The notes under the pieces are model-generated. The model ran no database searches and had not been told where the DNA came from. It saw nothing but the letters and a program-made list of their open reading frames with translations. Source: an uncultured Chloroflexia bacterium (GTDB lineage Bacteria; Chloroflexota; UBA6077; JACCZL01). From it: a stretch of DNA of 64,000 bases. The translations under genes were made by a program, and so were the position numbers. Below are positions 50,833 through 62,176 of this stretch, one piece after another; positions within the stretch are counted from its first letter, which is position 1; each line of letters starts with the position of its first letter. Location: the NCBI GenBank assembly GCA_963765765.1, contig CAVXYC010000020.1:128001-192000 (forward strand). The letters run 5' to 3'.

Positions 50833-53050
50833 CTAGGTCGTGTTTGCGGAGCGGCTGTTGACCTCGCGAACAACATTGAACACGTCGCGGATGCCTTCGA
50901 TGCGGGAGAGAATGCGGCTCAGCGTCTGCAGTCCGCTCACCTCAACGGTGCACCAGACGGTGGCCGTCTGGTCCTTGTGAACCACTGCACTCAGGGCAGT
51001 GATGCTCAGCTTCTCGTCCGCCACCAGCGATGCCACGTCCCGTACGAGACCCTCACGGTCCCACGCTTCCACACGGATTGTCACGGGGAAGACTTGCTGA
51101 TCCGTTTTGCCCCAGTCCACGCGAACAAGGCGTTGCTTTTCGTCTTCAGAGACAACCGAGTGGCAGTCCGCGCGGTGGACGGTAACGCCCTTACCCCGAG
51201 TGATGAATCCGATGATCTCGTCGCCGGGAACCGGATTACAACAGCGAGCCAGTCGAGTAAGAAGGTCTCCCACTCCAAGGACACGAATTCCTCGCGCCGA
51301 CATGTCCGCCGGCGTGATGGGCTTCGAGAGCTGGATCTCCTCGGGCTCCGCCTCGCCAAAGTCGGTAGCAAGCTTCATTGAGACCTGATGCGGGTGGATG
51401 TCGCCGTAACCTACGGCCGCCAGGAAGTCGTCCAGCTTTTCATGCTTGAAGTGGGGCGGGATGTCTTCCAGCTTCATGTGCGTGAGCCCGAGGCGCTTGA
51501 GCTCCTTCTCCACCAGATCACGTCCGCGCGCGATGTTCTCCTCACGCTGCTGGCGCCGGAACCATTGGCGAATTTTCTCGCGCGCGTTGGCGGTGCTGAT
51601 GTAGCCGAGATTTGGATTCAGCCAGTCGCGGCTCGGGCCCCTTGATCCGCGCGCCGTGACGATCTCCACGATGTCGCCGTTCTGTAGACGGTAATCCAAA
51701 GAGACCATGCGCCCATTGACCTTGGCACCCACACACTTGTGGCCCACTTCAGTGTGAATGCGGTAGGCGAAATCGAGTGGCGTGGCGCCCGTGGGCAGCT
51801 CCTTGATCTCACTCTTAGGCGTAAAGACGTAAACCTGATCCTGGAATGCGTCGGACTTGAGCGACTCAACGAACTCTTGGGCGCCGCCAACAACATCCTT
51901 TTGCCAGTCCATCAACTGCCGCAGCCAGGCAACCTTAGCATCGAACTTCAGGTCAGCTTTCTTGCCTTCCTTGTACCGCCAGTGCGCGGCCACTCCGTAC
52001 TCAGCGATCTGATGCATCTCCTGAGTTCGGATCTGGATCTCCAGCGGACGACTATCAAGGCTCACTACGGTGGTGTGGAGCGACTGGTACAGGCTTTCCT
52101 TTGGGCTGGCGATGTAATCATCGAACTGGCCGGGCAACGGGTGCCAGAGTGCGTGAACGATGCCGAGGGCAGCATAACAATCGGCCACCGAGTCAACGAG
52201 AATGCGTACCGCCAGTAGATCGAAGATCTGGCTGAAATCTGCTCGCCTCGCCTGCATCTTTCGGGAGATGCTGTAGATGTGCTTGGCTCGTCCTGAAACT
52301 TCGGCCTTCAGTCCGTGTGCTTTCAGCTCGTCTTCCAGAACCTCTACGACCCGAGCAATGTGCTTCTCCCGCGACTGTCGGCGTGACTGAAGCTTGCTCG
52401 CAATCTCGCGATATTTTTCCGGCTCGAGATGCCGGAACGAGAGGTCCTCGAGCTGCCACTTCACCTGCCAGATTCCCAGGCGATTGGCAAGCGGCGCATA
52501 GATGTCCATTGTCTCCTGAGAGATCCGGCGTCTCTTTTCTACCCGGAAGAGCATCCAGAGTCTTCATGTTATGCAGGCGATCGGCCAGCTTGATGAGCAC
52601 CACGCGAATGTCCTCGGCCATAGCGAGGAACATCTTGCGCATGCTCTCCGCCCATATCGCCTGGTCATCTATCGGGCGACGGTCCGGCGCGTCCGCCTGC
52701 CACTCCATCTTCGAAAGCTTGGTTACGCCGTCAACCAGCTTGGCCACATCGGGCCCAAATCGAGTCTCTAGCTCCTGCACTTCCACGCCAACGTCCTCGA
52801 CAACGTCATGGAGGAGGGCCGCGCAAATGGAGTCAGCGTCCAGCCTTAGCTCGGCCAGGGTCTCCGCGGCAGCGAGAGGGTGGACGATGTACGGCTCACC
52901 GGACCGTCGAAGCTGTCCATCGTGGAGCTCCTCGGCATAAGCGTGGGCGCGCCGAATCGCCTCGAGATCAGCCGGCCCGAGATACTGGGCAGCCATCTTG
53001 AGGAGTCGGCTTGCCCCGAATGCTGCCGGGCTCGCGTTGGAGATGGTCAC
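50833..53050 (-). CDS. rel: Long RSH bifunctional (p)ppGpp synthetase/hydrolase; frameshift near 52550
   Basis: H.GQ.R.SGEPY..HP, ALLHDVVED, KLADRLHNM, YQSLHT, EIQIRT, AAHWRYK, TGS (DFAYRIHT), CC, ACT. Confidence 0.96.
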
Positions 53051-53113
53051 GAGTGCACCACCATAGACGTATGGCCAGCATTATACCTACGCACTCGCCC
53101 GTTCATTTCGCCC

Positions 53114-54668
53114 CTATGGATCTAAACGAAATAATCGGGTCGAATCTTCCGATTGCAGCTTCGCCGCCGAGCGTTCATCGATCGCCCGCCGTAGGTTGCG
53201 ATCGACGAGCTCGACCCACTGATAGGTCCGATCAGATCCGATCACCCACACGCGGCGCCCCAGAAGCTCGTCACGGAGCGCTCGATCCAGCTCGGACGGT
53301 GAGCGAATAAGCCTGGCGTTCGTATGGATATCGCGCGGCATGCCATCTGGCCTGTAGGTGTACTTCTCATAATCGTGACTGACTAGCCAGTAGTCGGCTC
53401 GTCCGAGATACGCCTGCATATTGGTTGGGATATCAGTCATTACGATGTCGCCAGGGTGGTAGCCCATCTCCTCGAGATCTGCGAGCCAGGTCCCGGAGAC
53501 TCGCGATACGTCCGTTCGCCGGGCGACATTTCCAAGATCGAGGTGAAGAAGTGGCACGCCAACGACCAGAACAGCGCTGAGCAGCAAACCTATTGAGCCT
53601 GGTAGCCGCGCGCGGATACGGGTTGCGATCTCAGCCAGGCCGACGGCAGCGAGCACCATCATCGGCGGCACAAGCGCCAGGCCGTAACGCTCCTGCGGGC
53701 GGTCCGGAAGAACAAAGGCATCCACCACGAACAGCGGAAGTATCGCTGCCAGCAGCAGCAGCCTGCGGGGTACGGGGCGGAATATGAGCGCAGCCACCGC
53801 TGCCAGAAGCAAGAGCCAGTAACGATCCGTAAGCATGCGGCCATAGAAGCGAAATGCAGCCAGGTCCGTGTTGAGGGTGAAGTACTCGTTCACCTCAGAC
53901 ATCCGGCCGGCAAGCGTGTCCACTCGATGCGTCAACGTAAAGCTCACCGTGACAGCGAGGCCGATGCCGATGATAAGAAGCGGCAGTCCCACCAGCTGAC
54001 GGAGGGCTGAGCCACTTCGCACCTCGCGGGAAAGCCAGAAGATGCTCAGTGCCCAGCAAGGTACTAGCGTTAGGAACAGCTCGTGTGTGAGCAGGCCGAT
54101 CGCGGTGGCCAACGCGGCGATGAGCAGGCCTCGTTTAGACCGCACAGCGAGAGCCGCGTCAAGCCCGGCCAGCGTCAAAGTCCAGAGCAGCACGAAGAGC
54201 GAAAAGAACCACGCCTGACGCGACCAGGCAATCAGGGGTGGATACAGTGCGACCAGCAAGGCCACGATGATGGCCGAAACGAGTCCACCCAGCCGCCCCG
54301 CGTGGATAGCAACGACAGGAATGGTGAGGGCGCCAAAGATCACGCTTGGCAAGCGCGCGGCAAAATCCGACTGCCCGAAGATGCTGAGGCTCGGCACCAT
54401 GCTAAGCGCCGCCGGGATTCCACGCGTATACACCTTGCCCGGAGGGGAGCAGCGGCCAGCCGTGCTCCTGTATTCCGCGCGCAACCAGCGCCAGTCGAGC
54501 CTCGTCGATGGAGAAGCTCACGGTTACGAGCGACAGATCTCGAAGACGAATCAGCAGGCCGACGAGTGTGAGTGCAAAGATCGCGGCGACGACGAGCGAT
54601 GTACGCCAGGATCGAATCGAGGCCAGCTCGATGGGGTGGGGTGCCTCGACGACTCTACTCGACATCAA
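53114..54668 (-). CDS. GT-C fold (ArnT/PMT family) membrane glycosyltransferase; frameshift near 54445
   Basis: First-loop SIDEA motif, AARLPSVIFG.LTI, many TM helices, QERY. Confidence 0.8.
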
Positions 54669-55341
54669 CGGGCGTGATCATGACCGGGGTTCGAGACGGT
54701 GCCACCATGAGTAAAGCCAGGCCAATAGCCAAAAAAAGGATCGATTGCAGGGCGAATCCGGCGATGACGATATTCGCCAACCACTGTGCACTGCTGATCG
54801 TCTGACTCAGCGCCCGACCTTCTGTCGCCGCTGAAACTCGGTCAGCAACCCCGTTTGCTTGACCTTCGAGCTCTCGCAGGTCGCGCTCGATATCGTTAAA
54901 GCTCTGCCGATTGGCATCCAGCGACTGCTCGGTACTGGTCAGGCTATCTGCGAGCATTGCGAGATTCTGACTCGAGCGCGCGACCGGATCGATGACGTCG
55001 GCAAACGGCCGAGAACCGAAAATCTCAAAGCTCAGGGCGTTGGTCAGAGCACGCATCGCTGTTGAGAGCTCCGAGGCACTTGCCGCGCCGGCTCGTATCG
55101 AAGCTTGCGCGCGCCCCAGACTCTCGGAACCAGCTGATGAGGCCTTTGCGGCACTCCCAATAGTCCGTCCGATCGTGCGAGCCATGTTGCTTGAATCAAC
55201 GGAGCTCGTGGCTTCCAACGTCGCTTGAGCATCGCCAAAGAGCTCGGAAGCCTGATGGGCGATCCAAATGCTCGCCGCGATTCCGACGACGCCGTATAGG
55301 AGTAAGAATCCTGCAATGAGCCGGAAGAATACCGGTCGCAT
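54655..55341 (-). CDS. Membrane protein with two TM helices flanking a coiled coil
   Basis: N- and C-terminal hydrophobic helices, Ala/Ser-rich helical middle. Confidence 0.65.
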   Translation of the reverse strand: MRPVFFRLIAGFLLLYGVVGIAASIWIAHQASELFGDAQATLEATSSVDSSNMARTIGRTIGSAAKASSAGSESLGRAQASIRAGAASASELSTAMRALTNALSFEIFGSRPFADVIDPVARSSQNLAMLADSLTSTEQSLDANRQSFNDIERDLRELEGQANGVADRVSAATEGRALSQTISSAQWLANIVIAGFALQSILFLAIGLALLMVAPSRTPVMITPVDVE

Positions 55342-55398
55342 AGATGCCCTGAAACAACAACGCGGCGCCTGGTGGCGCCGCGATCGATTCTCCGCTGA

Positions 55399-55473
55399 TG
55401 GTACCCCCGGCGGGACTCGAACCCACGCTTCCGGCTCCGGAGGCCGGCGCTCTATCCGCTGAGCTACGGGGGC
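55399..55473 (-). tRNA. tRNA-Arg(CCG)
   Basis: GCCCCCGTAGCTCAGCGGATAGAGC, CCGGC-CT-CCG-GA-GCCGG, GGTTCGAGTCCC, ends ACCA. Confidence 0.97.
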
Positions 55474-55629
55474 GAGCGTACGAGAGATTCTAGCGTCCGG
55501 CCCGGCGAAGGGCAACTACTGTTCCCTGGTCGGAGGCGGTCTCCACCGCTTCCTTCCGAAGGGAGCGACACCGGATCGGCTTGCCGCCTCGCGAGAAAGC
55601 AGCGACGACAGCGCCAGTCCAATGCGAGC

Positions 55630-56214
55630 TTAAGTACGACCTTCCAGCAGTCGCGCCACGTGCCTCATCCGCTGCCAGACGGTGATGAACGTCAGCAGAG
55701 CCAGTGCACCGATGGCGGGAAGTAGCAAATATTCATTGATAATGAGTCCCGCGCCGAGTAATACAACGCGCTCTGGGCGCTGAAACCAGCCAACATTGCA
55801 CTCGAGCCCGAGGCCCTCCGCCCTGGCTCGCGCGTAGCTGACTCCAAACGAGCCAATCAGTGCAAGAGTCGTCAAACACGCCTCCATCGGACGCGCCAGG
55901 CCCGCATAGAAATAGACCAGACCCGCGAGCACTGCCGCCTCGGCAAATCGGTCCAGCAGTGAGTCAAGAAACGCGCCGAACGGACGTACGGTGCCCGTTG
56001 ACCGAGCCACGGCTCCGTCGAACATGTCCAGGGCGCTGACTAGAAGAAATGCGAGGCCGGCGGCCGTGAGATAACCAAGTGCGATGACAATGCCGACGGC
56101 ACACGAACCGATGCAGCCAACAATAGTGATGGTATCCGCGCTGATTCCGGCTCGCACGAGCAGCGAGACTACAGGTGCAATGAGTTTCCCGGCTGGCGCT
56201 CGGAGATGCTCCAA
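55630..56214 (-). CDS. pgsA: CDP-alcohol phosphatidyltransferase (PI/PIP synthase-like)
   Basis: DMFDGAVAR...GAFLDSLLDR motif, SYARARAEGLG, GWFQRPER. Confidence 0.88.
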   Translation of the reverse strand: MEHLRAPAGKLIAPVVSLLVRAGISADTITIVGCIGSCAVGIVIALGYLTAAGLAFLLVSALDMFDGAVARSTGTVRPFGAFLDSLLDRFAEAAVLAGLVYFYAGLARPMEACLTTLALIGSFGVSYARARAEGLGLECNVGWFQRPERVVLLGAGLIINEYLLLPAIGALALLTFITVWQRMRHVARLLEGRT

Positions 56215-56226
56215 CGCGGTTGTTCC

Positions 56227-57429
56227 TTAGCGGCGGCCCAATAACTGCGCCACTTGCTCAGCGGTAGTGCCCGGGCCGCGTAGCCACGCTTTTGAGATTG
56301 GACTCAGCAGATCCGTCGCTTCGATCGTCTCCTGGTAGCAATCCAGGATTCGGTCGGTCACCGTGGACCAATCGTACTGACGCGCCTTCACGCGCCCAGC
56401 CTCGCCAAGCTTTCGTCGGAGCTCCTGATCCGCCAGTAGATGCGTGAGCCCTACGGCCAGCGCATGCGGATCCTTCGGCTCGACAAGCAGACCATCAGCG
56501 CCGTGCGATACGACTTCAGCATAACCGTCGATGTTCGTAGCCAGGATAGGACGCCCAGCAGCCATTGCTTCCAGCAGGACAATTCCAAAACTCTCGGCTC
56601 CAGTGGACGGTGCACAAAACACATCTGCCCGCTGGAAATAAGCGGGCAAGACAGCAGCCGGTACAAAACCTTTGAACTCCACTTCCGTCCAGCCTTGCTT
56701 CTGCACGAATGCCCGGTAGCTCTCGAGCGGACGGCCGTGTCCGACAACCACGAGTCGCGCTTTAGGGAACTCACGGCGCACATTGGCCCAGGCTCGCAGC
56801 AGGTAGCTTAGCCCTTTGCGCTTTTCCATTCGACCCACGAAGAGGACAACCGGGTCATCGCCCTGAAGCTCGGCTGGAATCGGAGCAGGCTCCGAGAACC
56901 GCGCCACTTCAATGCCGTTTGGGATGACGCGATAGTTGCCGGGAAAGTACTCGGCGACAAAGTCTCGCGCCGGCCTGGAGACGCCGATAAGCCCATGCAG
57001 CTTGGTGAAGAGAGGGCGAATCATCGGCTTTGCATAGAAATACGCTATGTTCGAACGCCTGAACGCGTGAAACGTGCCTACATTGACCGTGTGCGAATGA
57101 CGCAGCACGGTCAATGGTAGCGCGGGCATCATGGGCTCATGCAGATGTATGACGTCGAACCGTTCTTTGGCAAGCAGCCGTTTGACCTGCACGTATCCGC
57201 GCAGAGGCAGCGTGACACGCGCAACCGAGCCGTTCGTGGGTATCGGAATGACTCGTCCGATGGGATGCACGAACGGCGACAGCGACGCCGCGTCACGCGG
57301 GCCGGACATGGGTGCAATGATGTGCACTTCATGGCCACGATGGCGGAGCTCTTCGCTGAGGTGCGTCACATGCTCCGTGACCCCGCCCGGGTAGGCGAAG
57401 TCATAGGGTGACGCAAGCGCGATTTTCAC
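56227..57429 (-). CDS. pimA: GT4 phosphatidyl-myo-inositol alpha-mannosyltransferase-like
   Basis: SPYDFAYPGGVTEHV, IPTNGSVAR, HLHEP, TFH, GRMEKRKG, PSTGAESFGIVLLEAMAAG. Confidence 0.85.
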   Translation of the reverse strand: MKIALASPYDFAYPGGVTEHVTHLSEELRHRGHEVHIIAPMSGPRDAASLSPFVHPIGRVIPIPTNGSVARVTLPLRGYVQVKRLLAKERFDVIHLHEPMMPALPLTVLRHSHTVNVGTFHAFRRSNIAYFYAKPMIRPLFTKLHGLIGVSRPARDFVAEYFPGNYRVIPNGIEVARFSEPAPIPAELQGDDPVVLFVGRMEKRKGLSYLLRAWANVRREFPKARLVVVGHGRPLESYRAFVQKQGWTEVEFKGFVPAAVLPAYFQRADVFCAPSTGAESFGIVLLEAMAAGRPILATNIDGYAEVVSHGADGLLVEPKDPHALAVGLTHLLADQELRRKLGEAGRVKARQYDWSTVTDRILDCYQETIEATDLLSPISKAWLRGPGTTAEQVAQLLGRR

Positions 57430-58321
57430 GTCGTTGTGTGCCTCAGCACCGCGGGGACTCCGAGAGGGCCGGTTCCAGACGGGCACAAAGAGCGTCCATT
57501 GCCCTGGTGCTTGACCGATATAGTACTCGAATCGTTCCACGATCCGAAGGGTGAGAGCCAGTATGTCCGACTCACGGTCACTTGATCTGGTGAAGTCGAT
57601 CGCCGGGTCAATGATGCCATGCACGCGCCCGTCGTCTCGCCTCAGTGTCAATGACGGACAAATGACCGCGCCAGTTGCAAGGGCGAGCGTCGCGGGTCCC
57701 ACGGAGAGCATCGCCGGTCTGACCGAAGAACGGAATGAGCGCGCCGTTCCCGGTCAGCTCGCGATCCAACATCAGTCCAAGTATGTTGTTTCCGCGCAGC
57801 TCTCGGATCAGTCGTCGCGCTATCGACGGCTCATTGAGCGGAATCATCTCCACGCCGTTCTTGGTCCGAAGTCTGGTGATCAGATCGTGAAGAGCAGGAG
57901 GCTCGATCGGCTCCACCACGACGCGTAATCCCCAGCCTCGCTCCGCGAGAGCCTGCGCCGCAAGTGACGGATTGCCAAGGTGCATGCCGGCAAGGATGAC
58001 GCCCCGACCGAGCGACAGAGCAGCTTCAAGATGCTCGACGCCTTCCACGGTGGCCCAACGCGGGAGTTCTTGGGCCGTAAGGCTCGGGATGACGAATGTT
58101 TCAAAGTAGGTTCGAGCTTGGCTGCGAAAAGCCTCGCGGACGACTGCATCAGGTGGTTGCCGACCGAGCACGTGTCGGAGATTCGCTCGTACAGCCTTCC
58201 GAGCCGAACGACCGAGGCGATACCCAATCTCCCCAGCGAAATCGCATAGCCCATATCCCACCGATTTCGGAAGGCGAGGTGCGATCCAGTTCACCAGGAC
58301 AAAGGCATAGTAGGTCAGCAA
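57426..58321 (-). CDS. Lysophospholipid/PIM acyltransferase (PatA/LpxL family); frameshift near 57715
   Basis: GRGVILAGMHLGN, MLDR, IPFFG, GPATLALATGA, PGQWTLF. Confidence 0.85.
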
Positions 58322-58473
58322 GATGTTGACGCTCGCGAGAGAGCACAAAATGGACAGAGGCAGGCGCCCACGACCTCGCGACACTCCACACACGGGATGG
58401 AGCGCCAATTCATGGTAGCCGCCCCCCAGGACTGACCCTTCCACCCCACAAGGTATGTGCTACCCTCGAGTCC

Positions 58474-59230
58474 ATGTGGGCTGAGCCGCGCTTCCCGGAG
58501 CTTGCTGAATGCCTCTGGTATCACACGATGGACCTGCCAGGGATCGGTATGGTCGATGGTAGTTGGGATCTCCGAGAGACTATTGATAACTATCTAGGAC
58601 GCGTCGACTTTGCAGGCAAACGTTGTCTAGACATAGGCACGGCAAGCGGATTCCTGACCTTTGAAATGGAGCGCAGAGGAGCAAGCGCCGTCGCATCCAT
58701 GGATCTTGATCCGACAACCCATGATTGGGACATTGTCCATTCGCGGATCCCAAATACGATCTCCCGACGGAGCTCGAAAAAGCAAGAATGCGCCTGACCG
58801 GGTTTCACAATGGCTACTGGTTAGCGCACCGTTTATTGAATTCTCGAGCCGAAGTCTACTACGGCACGGCCTACGATCTCCCGGAAGGGCTCGGACATTT
58901 CGATCTCGCCGTGGTTGGCATGATGCTGCCGCACCAGAGCGTCCGTTCCGAGTTCTGGAACAAGTGACTCGGTTTTCCGACGCGCTTCTCATCACCCAGC
59001 AAGCGCCTCAGCAACCAGGCGCGTGGGCGTATTGGATGCCTGATCCGAAGGCCCTTGGGCCCTTCGCAGCGTGGTGGTCCCTTTCTGACGACTGCCTCGA
59101 GCGGATGCTCAATGTTCTTGGATACGAGGTAGTGTCTCGCATTCGGGCGGAGCACAAGTGCGTAGCTCGGGGTGACCGTGAGATGTGTACGGCTACTGTC
59201 GCTGAGCGACGGATCCCACGCCGAGTTTGA
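58474..59230 (+). CDS. Class I SAM-dependent methyltransferase; frameshifts near 58740 and 58940
   Basis: WYHTMDLPG, WDLR, GKRCLDIGTASGFLTFEMERRGA. Confidence 0.8.
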
Positions 59231-59297
59231 CGCCTCGTTAGCTGCGTCCTGCGTTGTTCGCGATCGCATAGAGATGCATCCGAACATTTCGAGCAAC

Positions 59298-60197
59298 TTA
59301 AGATTGACCTGGAATTTTGTCACCCGAGCAGCACTCGATCCTATTGGATGGCCACATATCTCGAAACATAAACCACTGTTCCGGATATCGTCGAATCCAG
59401 CTTTCGAGCTGATCCATGAACTGTTGCGTAAGTGCCTGGATGTCAACTGAGCGGTCACCTGTTGGATTCGGCCGAATCAGCGGTCCGACGTGCGCCACGT
59501 AGTAGTTCGATTCTCGGACAATCACCGCCGTCACAACGCCGGCGCCCGTTCGAAGAGCCAGCGTGGCAGCGCCCGCTGGAACTCGTGTTTCCGCACCAAA
59601 GAACTGCACCCCAACGCCCTCATCAGTGAGAGGTCGGTCGATCAGAATCCCCAAAATCTCATTGCGGCGCAGGCAGCGCAGCATGTCCCGAGGTCCATCC
59701 TCGAGCGCCACCGGTTTAATGCCCAGGCGTCGACGAATCGCTTGAACGGCATCGTTCCACCGAGGCGGCTCCAGCGTGTCCACAACGGCATTCACCGGGT
59801 ATCCCATGGCTGCCAGCGTGGCACCCGCAAGGTCCCAATTGCCGACGTGCGCGGTGACGACGATGAGTCCCTTGCCGTCAATGAACGCCTGGTCGATGTT
59901 GTCGAGGCCGTAGGCCAGCACCTGGCGGCGAAGCGTGCGGGGTCGCAATGATGGAAGCCGCAACAGATCCACCATGTACTTTCCGTAGTTCACGAAGACT
60001 CGATCAACAACTCGCTGGGCCTCTTTGACACTGCCGGACGGCCCGAGCTGATGTTGCATGTTGCGCAGCGCATTTCGCCGCTGGCGACGATAGAACCGCA
60101 GTACGAGCGGGGTTAACCATTCGACAATTTGATAGGCAGCCGCGCGAGGAACGATGGAGGCAATTGCGCTCCCGATGCGATGAAACCAATAGATCAC
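59298..60197 (-). CDS. Lysophospholipid/PIM acyltransferase (PatA/LpxL family)
   Basis: GKGLIVVTAHVGNWD, LIDRP, VQFFG, GAATLALRTGA, IRRYPEQWFMF. Confidence 0.9.
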   Translation of the reverse strand: MIYWFHRIGSAIASIVPRAAAYQIVEWLTPLVLRFYRRQRRNALRNMQHQLGPSGSVKEAQRVVDRVFVNYGKYMVDLLRLPSLRPRTLRRQVLAYGLDNIDQAFIDGKGLIVVTAHVGNWDLAGATLAAMGYPVNAVVDTLEPPRWNDAVQAIRRRLGIKPVALEDGPRDMLRCLRRNEILGILIDRPLTDEGVGVQFFGAETRVPAGAATLALRTGAGVVTAVIVRESNYYVAHVGPLIRPNPTGDRSVDIQALTQQFMDQLESWIRRYPEQWFMFRDMWPSNRIECCSGDKIPGQS

Positions 60198-60366
60198 GCG
60201 GCGAGGGTAGGCGGCTCAGGTGGCAGGTGTCAATTCTGGCCAGAGTTGTGGCGCCGTAATTCCTGGTACGCGCGGGGCGCAGGGGATGCTAAACCAAGGG
60301 CCGATGAACAGGTCTGGTAGAATTCGCCCGGACGACGACGTACTTCAGACAGTAAGAGATATATAC

Positions 60367-61481
60367 GTGGACGATATCCAGAACACCCTTCAAACACTCG
60401 CCGCCCGCACCTCTGACCTCATGGTGCGTCTTTGACTTCGCTGGAAAGCATCAACAATTAGCTCAGCTCGAAGATCAAACAGCCGACCCCGACCTCTGGA
60501 ATGATTCGGAGCGCGCCCAGGGGTTGATGCGGGAGCTCGCCGGCCTCCGTGGAGAGCTGGAGCCATGGCAGAGCCTACAGTCGGAATTGAATGATGCGCT
60601 CGAGCTGCTCGAAATGGCTGGCGATGAAAACGACCAATCGGTCATCGATGAGATCGCCGGACAGGCGGACCAGCTTTCTAAGCGACTCGATCAGCTCGAA
60701 TTCGAGTTGACGCTGTCCGGTCCGTACGATCGGCGCGATGCTCTTCTGGCAATCTACGCCGGTGCCGGCGGAGTTGACGCCCAGGACTGGGCCAGCATGC
60801 TTCTGCGCATGTATCTGCGCTGGGCAGAGCGGCATAAGCACAAAGTCGACGTGCTTGACATGACCGAGGGTGATGAGGCGGGCATCAAAGGCGCCACCGT
60901 TCAGGTCGCGGGTGCGCACGTTTACGGCTATCTACGCTCAGAGCGTGGCGTGCACCGACTCGTGCGCCTTTCGCCGTTCGATCAGGCGCATCGACGTCAC
61001 ACATCCTTCGCATCAGTTGAGATCATGCCAGTCGCCGATGACATGATTGAGATAGACATCCGTCCAGAAGACGTCAAGATGGACATGTTCCGCGCGGGTG
61101 GCCCGGGCGGTCAGAACGTCAACAAAGTCAGTACCGCGGTGCGTCTTACCCACGTCCCCACGGGAATCGTGGTGAGCTGCCAGACCGAGCGCTCACAGCT
61201 CCAGAACCGAGAGTCGGCCATGCGAATTCTTCGATCGCGGCTGCTCGAGCTGGAGATCGAAAAGCGCGAAAAAGAAGCCGCTGAGCTCAGGGGAGTGCAC
61301 GTGGATGCCGCGTTCGGCAATCAGATCCGGAGCTATGTGCTGCACCCCTACCGAATCGTCAAGGATGAGCGCACGGGCCATGAGACATCCGATACGGCCG
61401 GTGTGCTCGATGGTGAGCTGGACGAGTTCATGGAGAGCTATCTTGACCTGGCAGGTCGGCGCGAGCTCCGGAGCGCGATAA
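60367..61481 (+). CDS. prfB: Peptide chain release factor 2 with programmed +1 frameshift; extra indel near 61443
   Basis: GTG 60367...CTT TGA C at 60430-60436; [20 protein letters not shown] (SPF), RRHTSFA, GGQ, QIRSYV; shifted frame ends in TAA overlapping the hisH ATG. Confidence 0.96.
60421..60436 (+). promoter_or_regulatory. RF2 programmed ribosomal frameshift site
   Basis: ATGGTG CGT CTT TGA C; the +1 frame continues into RF2. Confidence 0.92.
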
Positions 61482-62176
61482 TGAACGCAATGACTTCCAA
61501 TGATTCCGCGCCACTCGACTTGCGCGTCGCTGTTGTGGACTACGACGCGGGTAACCTGCTGAGTGTCACGAAAGCGCTCACCGCCGTTGGCGTGCAGGCC
61601 TACCTTGCACCAGACGCGGTGAGCGTGCTCTCTGGAGACGCGGTGATCCTGCCTGGCGTGGGGGCCGCGGGCGATGCCATGAGGGCGTTGCGAGAACGAA
61701 ACCTGGTTGAGCCAATCAGGGCGGCCGTAGCATCGGGCAAAGCATTCATGGGCGTCTGTCTCGGTCAGCAGCTTCTCTTCGACTCGAGCGATGAGGATGG
61801 CGGCGTAGAGTGCCTCGCTCTCCTGGCCGGCGGCTGTCACCGCTTTCCACCCGGTCTCAAAGTACCGCACATGGGATGGAACAGCGTGTCATTCCGATAC
61901 GACCATCCGCTGACGTCAGGAATTCCCGAGGGTGCTCAGTTCTATTTCGTGCATTCCTACTATGTGAAGCCTTCGGATCCTGGCGTCACACTTGGCGTCA
62001 CTGACTACAGCGTGGAGTTCTCGTCTATCGTGGCACGAGACAACGTGCTTGGCGTGCAGTTTCATCCGGAGAAGTCTTCGACGCATGGCTTGCGGCTGTA
62101 TCGCAACTTCGCGGCCTTCGCCGATTCGCTGAGATTCAATGCGCCACCGGTGGTCTCAGCTAGCCGCGATGTTTGA
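61481..62176 (+). CDS. hisH: Imidazole glycerol phosphate synthase subunit HisH
   Basis: [43 protein letters not shown]. Confidence 0.96.
   Translation: MNAMTSNDSAPLDLRVAVVDYDAGNLLSVTKALTAVGVQAYLAPDAVSVLSGDAVILPGVGAAGDAMRALRERNLVEPIRAAVASGKAFMGVCLGQQLLFDSSDEDGGVECLALLAGGCHRFPPGLKVPHMGWNSVSFRYDHPLTSGIPEGAQFYFVHSYYVKPSDPGVTLGVTDYSVEFSSIVARDNVLGVQFHPEKSSTHGLRLYRNFAAFADSLRFNAPPVVSASRDV

Noticed and set aside
53114-55398. Island integrated at tRNA-Arg(CCG)
   Set aside because: Downstream genes have host-like composition, and no integrase or att duplication is visible.
55342-55515. N-terminal extension of ORF 54655..55515
   Set aside because: It translates through tRNA-Arg(CCG); the real start is probably ATG 55341.
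1-61481. About 16 frameshifted genes (gatA, acyl-CoA synthetase, aminotransferase, etfA, Rieske 1, glmU, CNNM, SBP, rel, GT-C, acyltransferase, methyltransferase and others) as pseudogenes or programmed recoding
   Set aside because: They hit essential genes, are single indels in otherwise intact sequences, and share no slippery motif. This is typical of unpolished long-read assembly.
60524-62176. Apparent RF2-HisH fusion protein (550 aa ORF)
   Set aside because: Removing one base near 61443 gives a normal RF2 end ([13 protein letters not shown]) whose TAA overlaps the hisH ATG (TAATG); most likely an indel artefact.
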